Shown piece by piece: positions 36,488-44,392 of a stretch of DNA of 44,392 nt; position 1 is the first letter of the stretch, and every line of letters starts with the position of its first letter. The notes beneath the pieces were generated by a model. It saw only the letters and a list, made by a program, of their open reading frames with translations. It was not told the DNA's origin and ran no database searches. This DNA is from Octopus bimaculoides (taxonomy: Eukaryota), in contig NC_068983.1 of NCBI RefSeq assembly GCF_001194135.2, forward strand, positions 44,142,805 through 44,187,196, given 5' to 3'. Position numbers and translations under genes: made by a program.

Positions 36488-37724
36488 CATATATTACGTA
36501 AGGATAATGAAGAGAAAATTATTAAGAGCTGACCGACTGTTTCAGGGTTGAGTGTTTCTACAGTTTTGGTGTAAAAGAAAGACAAAGTAAACTCGATTTG
36601 AGCTGAAGTCACAGATATCCGTGGTCTTAATACTAGCTGGCACAAACACACACACATAGATTCATATGTATGTGAATATATACCGTTTCCATAGAATGCA
36701 GAGAGCAGTTGTTGACTAACAGTAAAATCACTTTTGGTTCATAACGATAATGTTTTAATCTTTCATAAACAGCAAAGTTATGAAGTGTGAATGTGCTATA
36801 TCTACAATTGATATGGTTCACAAATTGAGGTTTGCTCAAATCGAGGCCTTGCTACTAAAGTATTAAGAATAAATAGCAACAAAAAAAAGTAAATATTTAG
36901 AAGGGCCACAATGATCTATTTATAACAAATTCACATTCACAACTTGACAAATATTTTACAACAAAAACATCAGTGAAATTAGATTGAAAGAAAAAATAGT
37001 TTGTTTTTTTTTTCTTTTCTGTTAAAGAAATAATTATATAAGAAATAATCTTTTGTGACAGGATTATCTGGTGACAAGAACTGGGAAAACAAGTTGCAGA
37101 GAGTCGAGTAAACCGGTGCACACACAGACTGAGAGAGAGTATGCTCCGTTGAATAAATGGGCTTTTCCCAACATGAATAGAATGATTTTGTGAACAGATA
37201 CATTGAGAAACTGACCAAAAGATTATATACACACCAAACAGTAATATGTCTATGTGTAAACATGTGCATATTCTGTATAAGAGGTGTGGGTTCGATTCCT
37301 ACATATGCTAATGCCCTTTTATTTTTTTTTTGTCAGGGACATACATGCACTAATATTAGACATTTTTTTAAAAGTCAATACATGGTAAATGCTTACAATA
37401 ATATTCACAAAATATATTTCAGTTCAGTTGCCAGATTCCTTAGACTCTTGGTATATCAACATATAGGGCACCAGAATTGGCTGGGTATTTAGTAATGAGC
37501 CTACAGTACATTGAAGCAACTCTTTGTTGTTTGTTGGTAGTATACTGTCAGTTTGTATGTATAGTTGAAATTTACAGAAAAACAAATGACGAAGACAGGT
37601 GTATAAACAACAGGCAGGTGTATTAGTTTAACACTTAGGAAGGTGAGAAAGTCTTTTTACGTTTCAAGCCTACGCTCTTCAACAGAAAGGAACAAGGAAA
37701 TAAACAGAGAGAGAATAAAATATG

Positions 37725-37766
<42 letters not shown>

Positions 37767-38246
37767 TATACATGTATCTATATACATAAAGACACACACA
37801 CATAAATACAAATATACATAGACACCCAATCCAATATAAACCATAGATCCAACCCAGGGTTGGTTCCAAGAGTAGTGTATGTATAAAAACACAAGTGGGG
37901 TTCAAAATTTACTTGCATTCTTTTTATATACACACACACTGCACACATAATAGATCACAGACATGATATATACAGTACAGATATAATATACACTGCACAC
38001 AATAATATACACATTGCACATACAATAATTAACATTAACTTACAGATAACAGCAACAGGTGTTTTATATTAAAGAAACAGGCCACAAAATGCTAATTAAG
38101 AAATTGCTAATTTACATATGACTGGGTTAATAAAATCTTTCCACCATGAAAAGCTCACTAATTTTGACAATGACAACTCCAACAGTTGCCCTTATGTCCA
38201 CCTTTCCACAATGTTTAAATGCAATGATAAACACAAAACAATTTAT

Positions 38247-38284
<38 letters not shown>

Positions 38285-38466
38285 AGACAAGAGGGGGCAG
38301 AAGTTGAAGATAATTTGTATAAATTGAATTTAGTTCCCTATTATGTAGGAATTGGCACTTGTCCTTAAAATAAGGAGACCAGTACAACAGAACTGTAATT
38401 AGACAGAGAAGGACATTTAAAAGTGAGGAAAGTATTTTTTGCTGAGCTGTTATATAAAAATCACAC

Positions 38467-38513
<47 letters not shown>

Positions 38514-39099
38514 GATGGAAAGAGTGGAGAGAGCAGAGAGGGAGGCAGGGAGAGAGAAAGAGAGAGAGAAGGGGGCATATTTACTAAAGTAGAAATTTTT
38601 CTTAAGAGACATTTTAAATATCAGATGTTGCCTGGATTCACACAATTTGGGTCAACTTAAAAGTGGCCTCCGCCAAGGATAACAGGTTAGTTAGTTCCCT
38701 GCCAACAATAAACGGTAATGACTGAAAATAGACATTCAATTACATTATATTTAAAGGGTGGAAATGTAACTAAGATAATCAAACAGACTAAATGCAGCAC
38801 AACATTAAATTATGTCTCTTGGGTTCAAGTTATAAACAGGAGAGTACTTTTAGCTTTCATCCTACTGGAGTTGATAAAATAGATACCAGTTACATACTAG
38901 GGACTCAGTCAAATCAACTATGTCTCACACTTTACAAATATTGCTATAATTGTTCCATTCCCACTATGTTTACCTCAATTGCTTGTCCCTAATCAGTTGT
39001 CACTCTCCTCTTAAACTCATACTCTCAAGAACTTATTCCTTCTTCATTCATACTCTCTCATACATACTTTCTTGTACCCGAAGAGTCTGCTCTGACATC

Positions 39100-39497
39100 C
39101 CTTCGCCACCCTCATTGTTGCCTTTCTAGCTACTCTCACCCTCATATAATGGGGGATGGCCCTGTATCTCCTCGATAGCAAAACACCTTTTTCTGTCTCT
39201 CTATCCTACTTTCACTCTCAACTCCTGGCAAAAAGCCACCTCCTCTAGTCAAAAGCCACTCCACCCCCAATTAGTTCAGAGGGTTTTCTTCTTTTGTCTT
39301 GCAAATTACATGGCAACTCCACCAGTGCTGGTGTTACAAAAAAGTACCCAGAACAATCTGAAATATGGCTGGTATTAGGAAAGGCATCCAGCCATAGAAG
39401 CTACACCAATCCAGACATTGGCACTCAATACAGTCCTCTGGCTTGTTGGATCCTATCAAACCATTCAACCCATGAAAGAGACATTAAATGATGATAT
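39100..39497 (+). mobile_element. LINE-like remnant plus RTE-type tail
   Basis: GTCTTGCAAATTACATGG junction at 39296, then the shared tail. Confidence 0.55.
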
Positions 39498-40221
39498 GTG
39501 ATTATGTTGTACATGTCCAAATGTACACATGTATGGAGTAAACACATGTATACTTGTATGCTGATACATTGTCTGTATGCACCCTGCATGCATCGTTAAT
39601 CTACAAGGATCCACAATCATGTAATGAATACCATACACAAACATGCACATGGCATTTACACCACATTCAATCCTCCTCCTGACTTAAATGTTCACTTTTT
39701 CATACCTGCAAGGCACAGCAGAATTTGTTCAGGCAGATTTTCTATGACTGGATATCCTACCTGTCTGCAACCCTTACCTGCTTCCAAGCAAATTAATATT
39801 TATCCATAGCCAAATGAGGTTTCATGGAAGATTGGAAATAAATGGCACTGACTGTACAACTATCATGCAATGCCAAGACAAAGACATTCACACACACACA
39901 CACACACACACGGGGTGGTTGGTGTTAGGAAGGGCATCCAGCTGTAAAAACCATGCCAAAACAGACCCAGAAGTCTGGTGCAGTCTTCTGCCTGGCCCGT
40001 TCCTGTCAAATCAGCCAGCTCATGCCAGCATGGAGGGTGGATGATAAAAGATGATGATAGTGTGTGTGTGTGTGTGTGTGTACCAGAGTAAGTACATAAA
40101 TGTGAAACAAGGTGGAAAAACTAGTGCTTGAACACCGGAGGTAGAGTAATATGCTTTATCAATAGAGCTGAGAAGACCCGGCAAATAAAGTGAGTCTACA
40201 GCTGTAACCTACACTAGTGTT

Positions 40222-40656
40222 GCATAACCAGCCCACTCAAAAGTATCTTGGATTGTAGGGCGACATGCGGTGCTTGAGGAGACCTATTGAGTCAAGTACA
40301 TCAACAGCAATATCAAAATCAAATCAAATGGAAATTGTAGTTGTGAGCCCCGTGTTGGTAGCATGTAAAAAGCACCATCCAAATGTTGCCAATGCCAATG
40401 CCGCTTTGACTGGTTTCCATGCCAGTGGTACATAAAAAGCACCATCCGATTGTGGTTCATGCCAGCTCCTCTGGCCCCTGTGCCGATGGCATGTAAAAAG
40501 AACCCACTATTCTCTTGGAGTGGTTGGTGTTAGGAAGGGCATCCAGCTGTAGAAACACTGCCAGATCATATTGGGGCCTGATGCAGCCTCCTGGCCTCCC
40601 AGACCCCAGTCGAACTGTCCAACCCATGCCAGCATGGAAAGCAGACGATGATGATG
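40222..40656 (+). mobile_element. RTE 3'UTR repeat units plus tail
   Basis: TAAAAAG motifs at 40366, 40433 and 40494, ending in GACGATGATGATG. Confidence 0.7.
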
Positions 40657-40658
40657 TG

Positions 40659-40926
40659 TGTGGAGGTGCAATGGCCCAGTGGTTAGGGCAGTGGATTCAA
40701 AGTCATAGGATCACAGTTTCAATTCCCAGACTGGGAGTTGTGAGTGTTTATTGAGTGAAAACAAAGCTCCACAAGGCTCTGGCAGGGGGTAGCAATGAAC
40801 CCTGCTGTATTTTTTCACCACAACTTTCTCTCACTCTTTCTTCCTGTTGCAGTTGTACCTATATTTCAAAGGGCCAGCCATGTCGCACTCTGTGTCATAC
40901 TGAATCTCCTCGAGAACTACGTTAAG
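40659..40926 (+). mobile_element. tRNA-headed SINE sharing the S4 3' part but with a different centre
   Basis: A-box TGGCCCAGTGG and B-box-like GTTTCAATTCC. The 3' part AAAGGGCCAGCC...CTCTGTGTCATACTGAATCTCC matches the reverse complement of about 24750-24800. Confidence 0.6.
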
Positions 40927-41030
40927 TGAAGTGTACTTGGGGACCAGCATACCAGTCTCCCACTCTCCACACCACTGATGTTGTCCAAGGGAAAACCAAA
41001 GCCAATGCTGCTTGGTATGTATGCGAGGTC

Positions 41031-41330
41031 ATCATTAAACGTCTGTGTCCCATACTGGCATGGGGTGGATGCTTCAACAAGATCTAATGGGGCAGAGGAC
41101 TATGTTGAGCTCCAATGCCTGCTTTGTCGTGGTTTCTAGGGATGGACGACCTTCCTAACACCAACCACCTCAGAGTGTACTGGGTGCTTTTTTCATGACA
41201 CCTGCACGAATGAAGGTCACCAGTAGAGATTTGGCGTTATGGGGTTATGAGGATGAAGTATAAAAGAGGGACAGGCACAAGTGTACTACTATAGAGGAGA
41301 TACATAGCTACCTTACATTATATAGAGGGT
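41031..41330 (-). mobile_element. RTE-type tail with LINE-like body
   Basis: Reverse complement of the shared tail module. Confidence 0.5.
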
Positions 41331-41437
41331 TGAAGTTTCAGAGCATACTTCCAAGGTACAAGAAGGTGAATATAAAGTGAACATGGACTGGGGAGTGAGA
41401 GGTGTGGGTGGATACATTCATAAGAGTGTGACAGGTG

Positions 41438-41480
<43 letters not shown>

Positions 41481-41643
41481 TTATATTTCTTCTTTCATGT
41501 ATATAGCTATTTTTCTACAATGAACTACAAAACCAGACTGGAGTGATTAAGAAAGCAAAAGTATTTACATTCAACAAAATATTTTATGGTGGTTGTTGTG
41601 CTAAAATTCTGATAAAAAGTTACATTAAAGCGGTGACATGCTC

Positions 41644-41830
41644 TTACATGTCCCAGCATAGAATCACATGACTCAGCAAAAAAATTGAAGGAGATTTAAT
41701 AAACTGTATTGTGACAGGCAAAGCAGGGTCAGAGATATGATGTAGTGGAGGAGGCCTAATGAGTGCAGCACACAACAGTGGAGGAGCTGTAGAGTGGTGA
41801 GTGTAGTTCAGAGCACCAGAATAGATGTGA
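41644..41830 (-). mobile_element. Possible degenerate CR1/L2-like LINE 3' fragment
   Basis: Translation AALIRPPPLH...PVTIQF resembles the post-RT C-terminus of CR1/L2 elements. Weak. Confidence 0.3.
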
Positions 41831-42270
41831 GTTTGTGTGTGTGTGTATGGGAACCGCTGACAGAATATTTCTTCTGATTCTCTATGCTCTGAGTTCAAAT
41901 CATACTAAGGTCAACTTTGTCTTTCCTCCTTTTGGAGTCAATAAAATAAAACTCCCAATACTGGAGCCAATGGTGTTCACCTCCACCCCCCTCATTCTCA
42001 GGAAGCTGAATTGAATCCTAGAATTGCCAGTGTTGACTCAGTAACGTGTTACCATCAACATTTGATCCTCAGAAGAGGAGTTGGTAAAAAAGCCAAGCTT
42101 GCTGGCTTTTAGTCCAGTTTTTATGCCTGTCCTCACCTATTGTCATAAATGTTAGGTATCAACTGAAAGAGTGTGAACACAAGCAGTTGAAGTGCATAAC
42201 TTGGAGATCAGAGAACCTCTCCAGATTGAGCCACCACTTCACATTGAGAGGTCACAGTTCTGTTATTATG

Positions 42271-42439
42271 CGTAGGAGTGGCTGTGTGGTAATTAGCTTG
42301 CTTACCAACCACATGGTTCCAGGTTCAGTCCCACTGCATGGCACTTTGGGCAAGTGTCTCCTACTCTAGCCTCGGGCCGACCAAAGCCTTGTGAGTGGAT
42401 TTGGTAGACGGAAACTGAAAGAAGCCCGTCGTATATATG

Positions 42440-42502
<63 letters not shown>

Positions 42503-42710
42503 TTGTGTGTCTGTGATTGTCCCCCCAACATCGCTTGACAACCGATGCTGGTGTGTTTACGTCCCTGTAACTTAGCGATTTGGCAAAAGAGACCGATAGA
42601 ATAAGTACTAGTCTTCCAAAGAATAAGTCCTGGGGTCGATTTGCTCGACTAACGGTGGTGCTCCAGCATGGCCGCAGTCAAATGTCTGAAATAAGTAAAA
42701 GAGTAAAGAG
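42271..42710 (+). mobile_element. Full-length, young SINE family S1 copy (reference copy for the window)
   Basis: A box TGGCTGTGTGG, B box GGTTCAGTCCC, central (TA)n(TG)n and a GAGTAAA-type repeated tail. CpGs are largely retained. Confidence 0.85.
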
Positions 42711-43154
42711 ATGATTAGAAAGATGCAGGAAAGAATCTCAAAATAGACTCTTGAAGCTGAGCCAACTGGCTGGACACATAGGGGTCAGACCATGTATGAG
42801 ATGATTGTATAATAGGTATAGTCTCAATTAGTCACGCTTGAGAATATATCCAGGAAGTGATAGGACCCGATGAAGGAGGTGCTTGGCACACACAAAAAGC
42901 TTTGGCTGGTCTGAGGCTATAGTAGAAGAGACTTGTCCAAGGAGCCATGCAGAGGGACTGAACCTTGGACCATGGGGTTGAGAAGCAAACTTCTTACAAT
43001 ACAGTCATGAGGAATAAATTGACACAAACTCCTCTACAACACAGAACCACTTTAGATTACCCACCACAAAACTTCATGTAAATCACCAGTTTTATCAAAA
43101 ACTCCACACCTCCCCCTTGGTTCACTTCTTCACCCTACAGCCCCCCCTCCCACT

Positions 43155-43612
43155 CATCATCGTCATTGTTTAACATCCGCCTTCCATGCTGGCATGGGTT
43201 GGGCGATTTAACAGAGGACTGGCAAATCAGGAGGCTGTACCAGGTTCCAATCCGATCTGGCAAGGTTTCTACAGCTGGATGCCCTTGCTAATGCCAACCA
43301 CTCCAAGAGTGTAGTACTAATATATACAAATCCAAGAAAGAATCACATACAATTACATGACCTGCTAGAAATAGCAACCAGGCATCCTTCAAATACTTTA
43401 CTGTTTATAAAAAGGAGAAGGACAGCGTAGTCCTCTCATTATCATCATTTAACGTCTGTTTTCCATGCTGGGTTGGATGATTTGACAGACACTGGCAAGC
43501 CAGAGAGCAGTACCAGGCTCAAATTGTCTGTTTTGGCTTGATTTCTATGGCTGGGTGCCCTTCCTAATGCCAACCACTTTAAAAAGTGTGTGCTTTTTAG
43601 GTGGTACCAGCA
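43155..43612 (-). mobile_element. Two RTE-type tail fragments (about 43155-43317 and 43439-43612)
   Basis: Each begins with reverse (GAT)n-TTAAC/AACG and contains GGATGCCC/GGGTGCCC-TT.CTAATGCCAACCAC. Confidence 0.65.
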
Positions 43613-44312
43613 TCAGTCATTTTACCTGGAGCTAGCACAAGTCTGACATAAAAGAGAATGGCTATGCTCAAAATATCTTTGATGATAAATCATTTAGATC
43701 AAAAGTGAACTGGTAACTTTGAGCCAATGAAGGATTCTCTCCGTGTAGTGACTTTCTCTATAAATTTAACTAGAGGATATGTTAACCTCATGAAGGGATG
43801 GTTATATCCAAGGAAACACTGGTTCTATATGTAGTATTTTTAAGAAATGAAATTTTCTCAAATTTATAGGTATATATTAAGCATATAATTCATGTTCAGT
43901 TCATTGAATGAAAGAAAATGGAGAGTTAAAAGTTAATTATTTATTAAAAATTTAGCAAGCTTTACTTCTTACAGCCATTTCCATTAGTGCCCAACAGGTA
44001 AATTACAAATTTATGCTTTAAATTTGCATTTATATGTTATGAGCATAATTTCATCAAAGAAAAATTTATATATTATGATATTACATTCTGACCTGTCTGT
44101 TCATGCAATAAAACTAAATATGGGGAGTTATTTTTATCATGTATGGGTGAAGGATTAATGAATTAATTAGAATATAATGAATAATAAAGTAAATAAGACA
44201 GGATAAAATAGAAGAGTAAATAAAGTAAAAATGGAAATGAAATAAAACGGATTGAATTTAAAATAAATACGATAAATGTAAAATGATTAAATAAAAGAAC
44301 AAAGATATCCAT

Positions 44313-44358
<46 letters not shown>

Positions 44359-44392
44359 TTGCGAAGAATTTTGGCTGGTACCTTATTAGCAC

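Noticed and set aside
36979-37269. ORF in unique sequence upstream of the 69-nt exon
   Set aside because: No donor site and no family similarity, so it cannot be supported as an exon.

Overview
AT-rich, intron-dominated eukaryotic DNA. The SINE/LINE complement looks like an Octopus-type cephalopod genome (inference from sequence recognition, not a database search). The window lies inside one minus-strand gene of the MPRIP/TRIOBP/Drosophila outspread family. I can reconstruct five phase-0 coding exons by hand (35370-35438, 33990-34043, 14799-14960, 11417-12055, 5689-5787). Together they encode a PH domain (DMMYMKQGWLIKQGSTEK|DWKKHWFVL...RNYGFCIK|NQNGEYVLTAMTSGLRKNWMQAI), a Ser-rich linker and the approach to the coiled-coil region. 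Both gene ends lie outside the window or were not found. The introns hold tRNA-derived SINEs of at least three kinds, 5'-truncated RTE LINE ends, an internally deleted DD37D (maT) Tc1/mariner element, several MITEs, microsatellites and four assembly gaps. Almost all ORF-track entries are repeat, microsatellite or gap artefacts. There is no CRISPR array, rRNA or intact tRNA gene. The best leads are: a candidate 10-nt poison microexon or recursive splice site inside the 19-kb PH-domain intron; a tRNA-Glu-headed, RTE-tailed insertion nested in a MITE; a hairpin-bearing 66-bp tandem unit in the RTE 3'UTR; and a decayed HDV-like ribozyme fold at the start of an unclassified block. Repeat boundaries are approximate (+/-10-20 bp). 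Exon, TIR and gap coordinates were counted by hand.
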